Shown here one piece after another: positions 12,144-25,883 of a stretch of DNA of 64,000 nt (within the stretch, counting starts at the first letter, position 1; the number at the start of each line of letters is the position of its first letter). Location of the stretch: contig NMRA01000014.1 in NCBI GenBank assembly GCA_002633005.1, positions 1,150,838-1,214,837 on the forward strand, in the 5' to 3' direction. The translations under genes and the position numbers were made by a program. A model generated the notes under the pieces. It worked only from the letters and a program-made list of their open reading frames with translations. It had not been told where the DNA came from and ran no database searches. The DNA is from Phoronis australis. Lineage: Eukaryota; Animalia; Phoronida.

Positions 12144-12435
12144 TTACAGCCTTTCTTGTATTTGCTGTGGTGCGTACCCCGTAAGTGCTGTCTCGGCAAG
12201 GGCTGGGGCCGGCGGGAACGCGTAACTAGGCTGGATGAGGCCGCTGGCCAGTGCTGCATAGGCAGGGTGATAGCTTTGGTACTGTTCGGCGTACGGCTGG
12301 GCGTAGTCGATAGCGTACTGAGCTGTTGTCGCGCACGTCGATAACGGCGACTGTGGCGAGACGGCCATTAGACTCTGTTGAGCGGTTGGCTGATAGGGCG
12401 ATGGGTAGAGTAAGGTGGATCCCAGAGGTATACAG
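12144..12435 (-). CDS. RBM24: RBM24/RBM38 exon 4 (Tyr/Ala/Pro/Gln-rich C-terminus and stop)
   Basis: Acceptor ccttttcttttccag ends at 12436. Phase-2 join GG+C gives GCIPLGSTLLYPSPYQPTAQQSLMAVSPQSPLS...YAIDYAQPYAEQYQ...GYAPQQIQERL*. The low-complexity tail ending Q.Q.R resembles RBM24/38 C-termini. Confidence 0.88.
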
Positions 12436-15400
12436 CTGGAAAAGAAAAGGAAGTGTCAGTGACCACGATGTGAATTAGGACTAACTTAGCCAATCTGCAG
12501 CTGTGGACATCATTCATGGCCGGTAATACTTGTGGGCTTTAGAATGCCTCTTCAAATCATCAAAAATACCGACTCGCACCGAATGCTCACAAGCTCGTCA
12601 AACATGTTTGCAGTTAAGCAGATGAAGCGCGTTCGTCCATTTTGGCATAAGAATAACATGATATCGTGACGCAGATGGTGGTAAATATTAATACACGGCC
12701 TAACTGTCTTTGGTAGGCGTTAACTTCAACCCGGTCCAGATGTGTGCAATAAGTAGCAATTACCAGATAACAAAATTGAGTTTGAAGAGCAACCAAAAAT
12801 AATGTCAAAAGCTTGTAATTATCTTATCATAAAACACTGACGTGGGCTCTGCTTTAAATCTGTTTCGCGAAATTTCATGGTTAAGATAAACAGCCAACTT
12901 TTCGTGCATAAAGTGACTAACGCTAAATCCTCAAGTCAAAGAAATGATGACTGGTGAATGCCAAGTTCTCTATTTTAGTACTGTAATGTAACTGCACTTT
13001 AACATTCATTCTGCTTCTACAAATCCAGCACGATACACCACTCACATGCTTGATGTATAAAATACGAAAGCAACCAATAACATCACTGAAGCGTGGATTT
13101 TTATTTGACCAAAATCTTTCGACTTGTGGCGATACTTGCACCTCACTTGACATGCTACAATTGTCACAACATGGACGCACAGTGCGTCAGCTCATTGGAA
13201 ATCACTCACAAGGACTACCCCGCCCCCCGCAACCAAATAGCTTGAAGGTGGAATAAACTGCGTCATGGAGAAGAAAATGACATGAAATCAACTGCGTCAT
13301 GGAGAAAAAAAATTATAATATTTACGTAATGTCATATGTTACGTATATTATGCAGTGGAGAGTTACCATGGCCCTACACTTTTGACAAAGCCGTGCACCC
13401 GGGGAACAGGGGATTATAATTCCATTCTAGGAACCGGTAGATTCCTAGTTCCATTGAAAGAATCATAACCAACACACTGAGGGGCAATCCAGCTGTGTAG
13501 AAAGACTGCATAACACAATACTAATGACTGGTTGAAAAACACACAGTTTATCTATCAACTCGCTAGCTAGCTCCGGGTGCCCTGCACGAGACCAGTTATT
13601 GAGAAAATGTGAGAAACTGAACATACGGTCGGCAAGTCTTGATAGAAAATTATCCACAAACAAAATAAAGTGGAGAAGTATGCCGGTTCATCTCTAAAGT
13701 AGATACGAGTGGCCATAGCACTTTATACGGCTCACAACAGTCGGCGGAGGGCACTTGAGAGCACACAAAGCTTGAGAAGTCAACTAGAAACCTTGCCCTG
13801 ACGAGTGTGTGGCCTGCCGCAACAATAGTCATGGGATATTACACTTGGTATTTACCTGCAGCATTGAATAAAAAAACAGCGCGCAAGTCAAATAAAGTCT
13901 CAATGAAGAAAAAGACTTGGTCCCTGAGAAAACATGCAGGTTGTATAGGCCAATTAATGCGCATTTTGACTGACTGCAACGACGTGCTCGGCTCTTAACG
14001 GCCTTTCATCTTGGTAAATGTTTTAGACGGTCAGACAACAAAATGAGTGTTTATCGACCACTTAGGGGGCGATTTTTCGAAAGTCCAAATCATCACTATT
14101 GTTTAAAGAAATGAAGCTTGAAATCCAGGAAATAATATTTATTCTGTTTACTTCAAATAACTTGAATCGCTTATTTCTGTTGCAAGGGAGTCACAAGTAG
14201 ACATATCCAAACAAAATCATTCAAGCAATAGACTTGGTATAGTAACGTTACAGTGTCTGACACTGAACAGCGGTCCTCGCTTATGACAGAGTAACACTTC
14301 TGACGATACACACTCGCACAGAATGACGAGTGTTACGCAGCAAGCAAAACTATGGAGCCGGCCCGATCGACCTCTTTTCTTTCATTGTGCCCGTCATCTG
14401 CTGGCCAAGCGAGCAGATTCATGGATGACAGTAGAGCATTAATAATGAAGTAAACCTGCGTCTTAGCTTTGCCTGCGTTATCCTGCTGACTTCAACTAGT
14501 GTGAAGCGCAGCAGTGTATTCGTAGACTCTGACTTAACCAATTTCCTCAAACTCGGGGGTAAAGGCTACCAATCTAAATAGTTAGCCGCGAGGTTATCCC
14601 ACGTAATTAACGTTTAAACTGGTCGGAAAATGCAGTGTTGGTAAGTGTTGTCAAAGACGCATGAACTATCGTGACAAAGATATCTAACGGTATTATTTAG
14701 TGCACAACCGGTTATTCATTGTCCTCACCGTTTACGCTGGACCGTGACGGTTTACTATAACCAGCTGTCACGACTGTTATCGGAGACAGAAATTAAAAAG
14801 TTGAACTTTCTAAGAACGAAATAAAGGCTTGTAGCGGGGATGATACAGTCGAGCAAAAATGTCCATGTCACCATAGCGCCCGTCTTAACAGTTTGTAAAT
14901 AGTCAAGAGGCTTCTAACCCTCGGTGCTCATCCTGGCAGCGCGTTGACCAATGACGATCGGTTGCGGTATAAACCTACAGCAGTGTGGCGGTCCGGGAGA
15001 ATGTGCCCGTTGAGATTTAAAACAAACATTGAGCTCTCTAGAGGAGCAATTACATGGACAGAATAACAGCCTTGTTGTGTCGAGAATGAGGATCAATTGA
15101 TTGAGATTGTAGAAATTAGCTGATATTCCTTCTGGAGGTGACGCATCCACTGAACGGCCAAACGTGCGCTCCCGGGCGTACAGTGGGCACAGGCGGCTAC
15201 CAAAGAGTCCGATACTACGACAGTTAACTCCCAGCAAACATGCCGTCAGTAAGAAAAACACGAAATTTAATCCAAACAGCTAAATAGACGCAAGATACTG
15301 TAAATATAGCAAAGGCCAGAAATGTAATTGTCCAAACGATACTCCCTCGCAGGCGAACTTTAGGTTAACATGAGTGCAGAGCAGGCCAGCTAATAATATC

Positions 15401-18005
15401 TTCAGAGAAATTGGATAAATGATGGCAATAATTCAACTGGGCCTCGGCTTACCATTTCTAACATTTCCTCTGCTCTGTGCAGTCTAATTAGGAAAAGGAG
15501 TTAACAGGAGATTTATTTTGCTTACATTTACATCGTGAAAATCAAAGTAGAAACACGTGTGATTGAGATCTGGAATATGAAGCATACACGCTATTGCTAA
15601 ACTGGGTTCCACTAGAAACAAGACTTCATGGCTTAGATATGCTAACTTCAAACTTACTAGAATGCTAACTCCGTATCACACAAGACAGTCAGTGATTATT
15701 GTCAGAGAACACTACAGCGGATTGTAGGTACTCCTTATCAAGTCACGGTGTAACACACGTCACAACATTTGACTGCCGAAAGTAAATATTACCACCATCA
15801 GTTGACACGTGTTTGTCAAGAACACGCGGTAATAATAGGTGATTGGTTAGGCTTTTTTCCATCCAAGTAAAGCTACGCGGGTTCCAACAGCCCCAAATGA
15901 ACGTTAAACCGTGAAATGGTAGAATTTCATTATCGTTTGACTTAGCTCCAGCACGTGCTGCCAAACGAACACGCGTTGGTAAGAAACGACAAAATTGAAA
16001 AGGATTAAACGTAATCGAATCACACCCGCTAAGTAACTATTCCAGATTAACATGAAAATAGGGACTGGGTTGAGTGGGGGATGTCAAACGTGAAAGCGAG
16101 CGAGAGATGGTGAGTTATGATCATCACCATAGAGAGAGCGAAATATATTGAAGCCAACCATTCCCCGTGTTTGTATCTTGAACAAATAACGACAACACGG
16201 GTAGAAACTGGATGCAAATAGCGGTCACGACAGAGAGAAAACAGGCCTGACACACACTAATACAATATGCACTCAAATGAATGTCGTCCCCCCTCAGCCA
16301 GCTGGGTCAAAGACAAAGCCGTGGCTGCTGGCCTTAATCATAACATCGCGGTTGGCACAGCGGGACAAGTTATATTTAACCCGATATTGGCTGGTTGATT
16401 ACCGTGGTCGATGGACCATTCCATCGTCTAACACTGATCAATAGAGGAGGTTATAGGAGAACAACAATCGATAAATATCTAAATGAATTCTTATAGAAGA
16501 CCAACAATACAGTAATTGATTAACGAGCCCTCCGTTGTGAAGGCAAAGCCACTTACATAAATGCCAACAATACCGGAGTTACGTTTCGGCAATTAGTGCG
16601 AGTTACAATAAGTGAGCCACTTAATAGATCTAATAGCAAGTTAAAGCGTGTCCATCTTGAGAGGATAACGACAAATTTTCACTCCCCATTTCTCATGATA
16701 ACTTATAATCAGCTTTTGATAGGAACAACAAGAAATAATTACAAACTGAAGTAGATCTGCTGAACTATTCAATTTAGTGAAGCTAAACAACGTGTTATTG
16801 AATTGTTCGTATTTCAATAGTCTGCGTTCAATACACGGTAGTACACAAAAGTCTATTGTGGCAGTACGTATAGGTAGCTGTGCGCTCTGAAAGGACAGGT
16901 CGATCAGCAAGATTTCTTTTTTGTGACGAGCTATTATGGCACGGTAGTACGCGACTGAACGCAAATTTACTGTTATAAAGCCGACACACGAAATTTACGT
17001 CGCCAAGCGTTAATGAAAATTATACAGCTAAAATTTTGCTTGACTACTACAATACAATTCCGAGGCCAGGTTAAATTCACCAATAGATCCTCGCGATTAT
17101 GACGTCTACATGCGACGTATTTGCATTTGAGACCTTTCAGTCCACTGAATGTAAATATTGTATTGCATAGGTAAGGTTTAGCTTGTTGACTATCGGTGTG
17201 CACTTCCAAATCTCAGACCAAAACCGCGGGCTCTTTTGTTGACCCGATCTCAAGAAGGCGAAAGACACTTCAAGAGTCCCAACAAATTGTTCACAAGGCA
17301 ATCAGCCATACATTTGCAGGTTATTTGTTGATAAAGGACTGTTTCTAATAACTGACTGGTCACCAGATTCCAAGGCGCAAGGATTATATAGGATGTTAGT
17401 GATGAAGACTTATACCAAGCCAAAACGTAACAACAAAACGTCAGGCCCACACTTCAAGCTGACAACAGAGGTGAACTAATCAGAGTTGACACTTCGCACA
17501 GTTAATAGTCACGTTCTAGTGATTAAATATGAATAGTAACTAGTTGAAGTAATCAAGAAAACTATTCACCACAAATTTCAAACGCAAGCAAGCACAAACC
17601 AAACGACTAAAACAGTTCTAGGAATCGGCACAGTAAGATTGCAAGCAAAGAAAATCACCCCTTGAATATTGCGTAGAATTCAGGACGACTTGATATAAAT
17701 TGCATGATAGCCCATGACCATATCCTTATCTTGGCTCTAGAGTCTGGGAAAAAGAAAAGTGACATGTTCAGTGCCTACACGATGGTCCGACCTTGACACT
17801 GTTCTGACAAACTAAGATTTCCATTACAGGAAAGGTGAGGTGAGAAAGGTATTTCGCTTTTGCTCTAACTATCTAAAAGCGCTTTCATACCACAAGAGTA
17901 TGTGTTGACGGGTTACAGAGTGGGCCACGATAAGCATTAAATATTCATATCTAATTTATTCATAATTGCCTGCAGGCTATGTTTATAACGGCCCTGTCTA
18001 CTCAC

Positions 18006-18102
18006 CCGGCAGCATATTGGTTCTGCATAGCGGCCAACTGCATGGCTGGCAGACCTGCCAAGGCGGCGGGCAGCACACCCGGCTTGAAGGCCATGGGCAC
18101 TG
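18006..18102 (-). CDS. RBM24: RBM24/RBM38 exon 3
   Basis: Acceptor ttttgctctttcag, donor GG|GTGAGT, 97 nt. Phase 1 to phase 2 bridges exons 2 and 4 exactly: TVPMAFKPGVLPAALAGLPAMQLAAMQNQYAAG. Confidence 0.8.
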
Positions 18103-18851
18103 CTGAAAGAGCAAAAATCAATGATAAGGTTAGGGAGAACAGAACTGGGGCTCTGAATTAGGAACCAAACGAACGCTCAGTCCATGCGAACAACCCGTTG
18201 CGTTTCCCCATCAGATGGACACAACAAGAAGGAATAATCTGATATAGACGTGAAATTCACTGCTTTTATTCAACTTGTTTGCCATTTCACTGTCGTCAAC
18301 CAGACATGTAACTAAGAACACGAAATACCTAACAAAATAACTCTGACCAACACCATATCATAGAGGTAAAGACTTATAATACACTAGGTTTAACGGCTGT
18401 CTTGTGGTGGTGGGAAATTAAAAATTTAATCCGCCTGAAGCGAGATAAGCCTGTTGATAACATTTTGCCAAAGGTAAGACGAATGTGGAATGACGATATC
18501 ACGTAGGCTAGTGTAACACACGACACGGTCTTACGAAAGGGTAATCTGCTGATCGTCAAACTGGAGGGAACTCTGAGTGTTTTGATAACTGTTGGTGGAT
18601 GATTCCAGTAGCGCAAGCGCCAGTTGAATACGATTCATATACTGAGTAGTGTTAGCAGGCTGTAGGCAGCTATGGAAAATCAATTACAAATTAAGTAGCG
18701 TGTTGTTAACAGCACCTCAATCTAACCATATTACACGCTAGTCAACTAGCAGGCTGGGTCGGATGACGAGTGCATTGCACGCAGTACATAAACACTACCT
18801 AATGAGCAGGACTATCAATGTTAAACTATAATGGATGAATACAAATCTTAC

Positions 18852-18975
18852 TGCCTGGAATTGTCCTCTGCTTAGCACCGAGAATAGCTAGATTAACGTT
18901 GGCCTTCCTCCCGTCTATGATGGGATTCGGCTCCTGACAAGCCTTCCTGGCTTCTTCTGGAGTCGACATTGTCAC
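18852..18975 (-). CDS. RBM24: RBM24/RBM38 exon 2 (C-terminal half of RRM)
   Basis: Acceptor ttttgcag, donor A|GTAAGA. VTMSTPEEARKACQEPNPIIDGRKANVNLAILGAKQR matches the family signature ACxxPNPIIDGRKANVNLAxLGAK. Confidence 0.95.
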
Positions 18976-19147
18976 CTGCAAAATATGAAAGAGAATCACT
19001 CACCATGTAGACACGTGTGAAGTCATTGCAAGCAGTTATGTGTAGTTCTGGTGCTTAAGGAATGCCTTGTTATCGAGTACTAGACAGATCTATCACATGA
19101 GTTGTCGACTGCATGGTTAACTTTCAAAATTGAAATGATCAACTTAC

Positions 19148-19327
19148 GAATCCATAGCCCTTGCTTGTCCCCTTTTCCCTGTCGTATATCACAACCGCTT
19201 CCTCTATTTCTCCGAACTGATCGAAAAACTTTTTCAAGGTATCATCCTTCGTGTGGTACGGTAGACCTCCAACGAACAACTTAGTAAGAGTGGTGTCTTT
19301 GTGAAGATGGTGTTGACTCTGTGACAT
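19148..19327 (-). CDS. RBM24: RBM24/RBM38 exon 1 (RRM with RNP2 LFVGGL and RNP1 KGYGF)
   Basis: [26 protein letters not shown]...[19 protein letters not shown] is diagnostic of SEB4/RBM24/RBM38/SUP-12. Donor GTAAGT, phase 0. The spliced CDS is 693 nt (230 aa plus stop). Confidence 0.96.
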
Positions 19328-19499
19328 TGTCTCGACTAAAATTCACACACACAACACAAATATAGAAAACAAACGCAGATAAATCCACACGCAAAAGCTA
19401 AAGAGAAATACCCTCGCGCTCTAACCGATCATGGATATCTAACGGGTTACGAGTAACGAGTGTGCTTTTCTTCTGATAATTTCCGCCTCGCTTATTCCA

Positions 19500-19640
19500 C
19501 ATTGAACACATTGAATGGGTAACTCCGCCCACTTTCCTAAAGGCAAACACGTGGTCAACCTAGTCCCGCCTATCGACTGTGCCTGCCAAATTTGATGGGT
19601 AAGATATTTTTCCTAAAATACTGAATTGTGGGTAAAGATG
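19500..19640 (-). promoter_or_regulatory. Putative RBM24 proximal promoter
   Basis: About 200-300 bp upstream of the ATG there are GC-box-like CCGCCC (about 19525) and CCCGCC (about 19565), E-box CACGTG (about 19548) and a thrice-repeated TGGGTAA. The TSS cannot be determined. Confidence 0.3.
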
Positions 19641-20933
19641 GGCATTTAGTGCAAGGTAAAACGTCTGTGGAAGATAATAAGACAAATATTTGTAGTTAAT
19701 TCGTCACGGCTAAAAGATTGTGTCAGAGGTTTTACTTCACAATATTAGATAAATCCCGCGCTGAGTATCTTGTTATTCTCTGCTGACGTAAATCCGGCTA
19801 AACAATCACCGGCAGAGGCGAAACTAAAAACGGCGTGGTGAGCAGGCAGACGCGCCTAGTGAACGCTGGAATTTTCAATATTTAAGTCGAGAAATGATTT
19901 GTTAGACACTGCACCTTTCACTAGGTAAGTCAGTGTGACCACTCACGGCGTGTGTCGCGTGTGTTCTAGTCACCGTGTGCTGCTCCTGGCCTGTGACGGT
20001 TAGACAACGAGCAGGACGGTTCTGTTTCTCTCTCGCTATGCCCTCCCCACCATCTTCCCAACTGTGCATGTCGTTTGAATAAAACTGATTTGTCTCCGCT
20101 TGTTTGCAGTGTTTTGTTCTTCCCACTTTTCGTTTGGCAGTGGTACTTTCAATGTGTTCAACGGTTGGGCTCAAATGGTCACTTACTACTACTCGTAAGT
20201 TTTTGGCGTAAAGTCTCCATTTAGACCCTGTCTGAAAATCATGAATTGTTACGATCGCTTTACCGAAAAAAGCCCTTGGAGAAGATTGACCCACTGTGTT
20301 CACCCGTCGGAGACACTTCATGGACGAAAATACTGGAGCGGTCAGGTATTAAGACTTCCTATCGATACGGTCGCTTGCAAAACCGGATTGTGTACTCGCC
20401 ATGCTAACGAATTAGACAGCTAAAACAAAGCGTACCTGGCGAAACCGTTACTGACGACTTGGTTGATTACACATAATGGTATGAGAGTCAATTTAATGAT
20501 GTAATTCTTAGCTTGAGCCCACGAAACGAATTGAAACACACTACATACATTAAATTTTTTTCTGGATATGTGAGGTGGGTGGTTGGGTGATATGTGAACA
20601 CACCGTAATAATGTCCATTCACAAGTATTAGAACCGGTAAAACACAACTGACATTTTGCAACATGATTTTAGATGTTCTCAAAATATTTGTTTCTAAACA
20701 GCTTCGGGAACCAACCCGTTCCAGGTTTACACGCATGGCACGTGTCGGGTTTTCGCGGGTACTTTTTAGACTATCCCATACAAAAACGAAATTACTGAAG
20801 GTGACTGTGTTCTCTCAGATGATGTAGTGTCCATGATAATTTGTGCTATCGGGGATGCGTCGTCTGGTCAACTTCTCAGACCGTGGTTGCAGTTAGGATA
20901 ACTGCCGCACAACTTACGGTGATAAGATACTAT

Positions 20934-21196
20934 CCCGGGTAGGCCACCTTAGCTATATTTTTGAGGGGTGAAGGTGGAAAATTAGAACTAGGTTACCACC
21001 CATAGAGATTGCATTCGAAAGAGGAAATATTTTTTAAGTTTCGAACGACCAAACTGGACCTTTTTTAGAGAAACAGATATGCTTTCGTAGGAAAATTTGT
21101 GGGCAAAGCCACACTTTTATTGCAGAACTGGTCGTGGCACAATCCCACATCTGAGCGGTAAGCCCCCCTGGACCTCTTCCATGGGAGTACCCTCTG
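20934..21196. mobile_element. Degenerate non-autonomous DNA element with CCCGGG...GAGTACCC..GGG termini
   Basis: Left end CCCGGGTAGGCCACC, right end GGGAGTACCCTCTGGG. Similar isolated ends occur near 28245 (CCCCGGGGCGGTCAG) and 38115-38127 (GGAGTGCACCCGGG). Confidence 0.3.
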
Positions 21197-23177
21197 GGTT
21201 GTAACCCTCACTCAAACCTCTCTTACCAGCATGTCAGAAATAGAATAGTACAAGCTTCACTACACGGGCTGTCGAGAGGTGAAATTAACCACACACATCC
21301 CAGTCTTGAAACCATTAAATGCTTAAACAAACACCAGTATATACGACTCATAAATCCTGATTATTAGCTCTTCGTGGCGGTTCATCCAAATATTGTGTGC
21401 TCGTTGTTCGCTTGGGATGCATTGGGTTCCCTGTGGCACGGGGGAGGGGGCTAGTTAACAAGTGTTCTGTGAGATAGCTGCAGGAACAGCTTTGAGTTTG
21501 ATGCGGGTTTATGGTTATCTGTTCACGTCTTTTTCTCGTCAAATTAATTTTTATATGTTTGGTGATTCATAGCAAGCGATACCAAGACGTTGGTGGTCAG
21601 CAGTTCCCACTATGAAGGTACACCTGATAATACTGTTGTTGAATGTTCAATGCCATCTCGGCCAATTGTTCCGTGTTTACGTTCAATAGAGTACGTCAGC
21701 CTTGAAGCTATTAATAAAACAAGACTATCTGATCGACTGAATAATACAGCTAACCGAGTATGAGTGAAAGTGTACCTCCATAAAGATAACATACTACTGA
21801 CTACAACAATACCTGCGGATACCTTAGTCTTGACCGGATAGCTGTCAAAACAGCGACAGTCATGCGGTTGTTTCAACTTTGGGACAACATTTGAAATGAC
21901 TGGAGAAATATATGGACAAAAATAACTCGTATGGGTGCTCAACAGGCCGATAAGAAGTGTTCAGGGGAGTCTTATCTGACTGAAGCTTGTAAAAGCGTCT
22001 ATTTTTATTTTCACTTGCCACATCTTCAGTATTTGTTATTTGCCATCTGACCCTACATACGACTTCTTTGTCTTTACTCTGTTTTAGATGAAAAAAAGAA
22101 CGCTAGGCGTTAGTAGGTCTTCACAGTGAAATTGTTACAATGCAATGATTAATTCTCTCATTCTGAATCACCTAACAGTACTAAAAATTGATCAAGGCAA
22201 TTTTCACACAATATAACACCTGTTTCAGGTGTACATTGCCAGTCACTGAGGCGTCATATTGGTGTGTTGGTGGTAAATCGTCATTATCGTCACAGTCCAC
22301 TGTGCGTCACTGTCAGTCTTGTGAAAGTTTTTTTTCGACACTCGTTACAACCATAGATACAATCTTTAGCCACAACTGGCCTTTCCCAGTTTTCCCTATC
22401 GCAAATCAGATAAGGCATTTACACAACACCGACAGAAATTGAAAGGACAAGTCCCGCTGACCTCAACCTGGCCGGCTTCAATTTGTGTAGCTCTTGCTAA
22501 CAGTTAATCTTTACTTTCATCTGTATTCTGGAATAAGGGTTTATTTTTCATTAAAGGTCGTGCAATATTTTGATGTTCGCGGTGGCGATTTTATACGTTG
22601 GTATAGAACCATGAAAGTTTTACGACTAAAACAAACAAAAGGTATTGTGTCGGAGTGTTGACGTTAACGGACATGCTATACACGACTTGTATAGGCAGCA
22701 AGTCGTACTAGAAACACAAAACAAAGAACAACATGGTCCATAAACAAAGATCATTATATTCGCTGTATTTATTTAGGCGGTAAAAATTTATATCGAATAA
22801 AACTTTTCAAGGCTTTTACGCGGTGCTCGCTCTGCGCCATTTCACCGAATGACCCTAGGTTTCAAGGGATTAACCTTTTGGTGCGCGCTCAGGCAAAGCT
22901 GCCACTATGCTGGACGATAGTCGAGACTTGAACTTCTGTTAAAATTAACGACCCATGTACGCAACGTCATGAGTAGCGACTAAATGAGATTTACGAGAAC
23001 AATAATAAAACCCTCTGTCCCGTGTACTGAAATATCATAAAACTCCTTAATCTGTAACATAATAACTAGCATAGTCAACTACGTAATCTGTTATTAGTAT
23101 GTTCGTAGAGCGGTCATTCACTGCACAAGATTGTATGCTAAATTAGGGGCTTAGACTAACATCACACGGCTGCCGAA

Positions 23178-23732
23178 TGTTACCGTGTCAAAAGAAAAGA
23201 GATTTGGAAAAGCGCCCTTTCCTTCGTTAACTCAACGTGGGTCTCGTTACGTCTGCGCAAGACCCTGCTAATCCTGGGGACCTAATATTCACACTGAACT
23301 TGGGACCTTGGGTCCACTTGTTAGGGTCACCCGTCGGGTGTCAGCCGGTCGGAGTGACCAATGAGCTATACTTGGTATGGGCTCATTGCAGTGACGAGGA
23401 AACTAGAGTTGAATTTGGGTTACCTCCCGTTTCATCGGAGCTGACCACATGACATGTATGGTTTCATAGACGTGTTAAGGGAGCTCTTTCCTCTACGGGC
23501 CAAAATGCTGCTGGGTTGGTGTTTCAGGGCTCACACGGAATTTTACCATCGAAAATGGCAGATGGTAGTCGTCANCTTGCACTACAACCTAGTTCCGCCA
23601 GTGGGTTTGAGGCTAACTAGATTTGAATCAACAGTTGTTACCCAATCAACATCTAAGTGTAGGACCTATTGATTTTAAATAAACCCAATGTGTATTGAGG
23701 CTGAGCTATCATTCTATCCTTTCGTGGTTACA
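23178..23732 (+). mobile_element. Possible solo LTR enclosing a chain of about 8 stem-loops
   Basis: Begins TGTTACC and ends GGTTACA, with AATAAA at 23678-23683 about 50 nt before the end. The interior is GC-richer and highly self-complementary. No clean TSD. Confidence 0.35.
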
Positions 23733-25883
23733 TCAACTTCTCGAGAAGTGCACGTGGTAAACCAATGTTCTGCCCAGCAGCACTCCGCACCGCAATACAA
23801 TAAACGAATGCGTGCAAGTATAGGATTAGACTACATCTGAAATTGTATTCTCACATGCACGAATATCACACTTCTTGTTTCCAGCTTTGTCACTTGTAAA
23901 AGTAATCAGACGAAGAATAGTGCATTACTCAAACTCGCTTCTTCTAAGCATTTGTACTCGTTAGATTTTGTGCTGCGGAAAAGTTTCAAATTGCAAACAT
24001 TAAGAACTCTTAGTTGAACAGGCTTTAGGACATTAGAGCAAAACCGGTTTCGATGAAATCTTAAAAGAAAACATTTCCCAATATCGACACATTTCCTATA
24101 AAATTCTCAAGATGTTTACTTATGTCCAGGAGATTATAAAAATATAGTGGCACATTTGTTAAAACAAAATAGAATTAAGTACATATGAATAAAACATGGT
24201 TACTTTAAATTTTTAAGAACTCGAACTTGTCAATATTACGGTATGGAACGTGCTTTCAGGGATGCACTTCATATTAAACATTAATTAGCCATTTTGAAGT
24301 CATAATGTTAAAAAAATCGTGTTGTGCAAACATTCTCGTTCTCGTTTCCTTTTAGACGAAGGAAGGCCCCGAGTTTAACGAGGTCGTCTCAGTTTTGTAA
24401 TTTTGTAAGCTCGTTGTCCCAATAGTCATTAGTCCTCAAACAAGATAAGATAAAGTGCATGTTACTGACACGTTCATGTGTACGTTATACACTTCGCTTA
24501 CTGGAGCTTTACAACGGAGAAGTCTTCAAAATATGAAGGAATTGTAATCTTATCAAGCCAGACTTTAACTTGAGTGATAGGCCAAGAAAACGTAACTCGA
24601 TGGATGCCGCATAAACGCAACATTCAATGCAACAGAAAAACAGGGGGGGGGGGGNTAGTCAATAAGTGTGCCGAGTGAGTTTGCTATTCTATATCGTCCA
24701 TTGCTAAATTTACTTCCAAAGGAGAATGGGAGCTTTGGAAATTATTTAGTGTAGGTTCTGTTGATTTAGCTCTTGTATGAACCAATTTTGGTAACTTTAG
24801 ACGTACGGGGCACTACGTCAACAGAAACCTCTATTCATCCGTCTCTTGCATTTTATTTCTCCAGAACAAACTTAACCTTAAAAAAACAACGAGCCTATTT
24901 TTATTTTATTGTGACATTTTTGTGTTTACATGGCACCTTGAAAGACTAAGGTCTCTCGGTATTCACTTCAACCGGCCCCGCTGGTATATTATTGGCCTCA
25001 GTCTACACGCTATGTAAGGTTTGTCCTATTGGCTCACGAAGCCTCTGTCCACGTGCAAACTAAGGTTTATCCTATGTTTTTAATGGTGTTGTCGTCGTGG
25101 GATCAGATATTGAAATTAAAATACGCTTGCACCGGTAACATAGTGCAGACTTCATTTGTTCATTTTTACAAAGTTATTAGATAGCAATATTTTCAATCAG
25201 GTTGCATCGTCCAGAGCAAATCATACGCGGTATTAAGGAATCGTAGAATCAGTTAGTTTTATGTTGACTTTATAATAGCTCCGTCCCTTACTCTTTTTTT
25301 TTTCTTCTCCCGCTTCTTCTTCGTGATGATTTTAACGGAGACGGCCGCGTAAATGTGGCTTCCCGTGAAGAACATAGTCTACAGAAAAAGTCTAGTGAAG
25401 TAGACGTGACGTCATTTTACACATTTACGAAAACGGATTACAAATACTTCAGTCTGCATGCAGTGCAGTCACTGATATCGTGTTCCATGCTTTCGCTAAT
25501 AGTTATAATAAAAATGCTATCGCATTGCAATCAATTTTACTACAAGCAGAACTGATGAAGAAAGTGTCAAACTGGTGGTAATTAATTATTACACTTTACC
25601 CGGCCAACAGTTGAATACTACAGTTATCTGTAATGCAAAAAATTGGCGGCACTAGGATTTCGCCGCGAGGGTGGGTTTACCACATATTCAGAAGGACAAA
25701 CAGATCATTGCAACCAAGGATTTGTTTCATGAAAAATGACCGAAGACAAAAATTTAGTCTCACGTCTCACATTACCAGTCTCTGAGATAATTTCTATAAA
25801 AGACAGTGATGCACTCATACTTACTTGGCTGAGCACTTATTCAGGAATTGTGAAGTGGAAGTACTATAAGAGCAAATTCCTGT

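Noticed and set aside
19530-19625. CArG and MEF2 sites in the RBM24 promoter
   Set aside because: CCTAAAGG has only 4 central A/T and CTAAAATAC is one base short with the wrong end, so neither fits the consensus.
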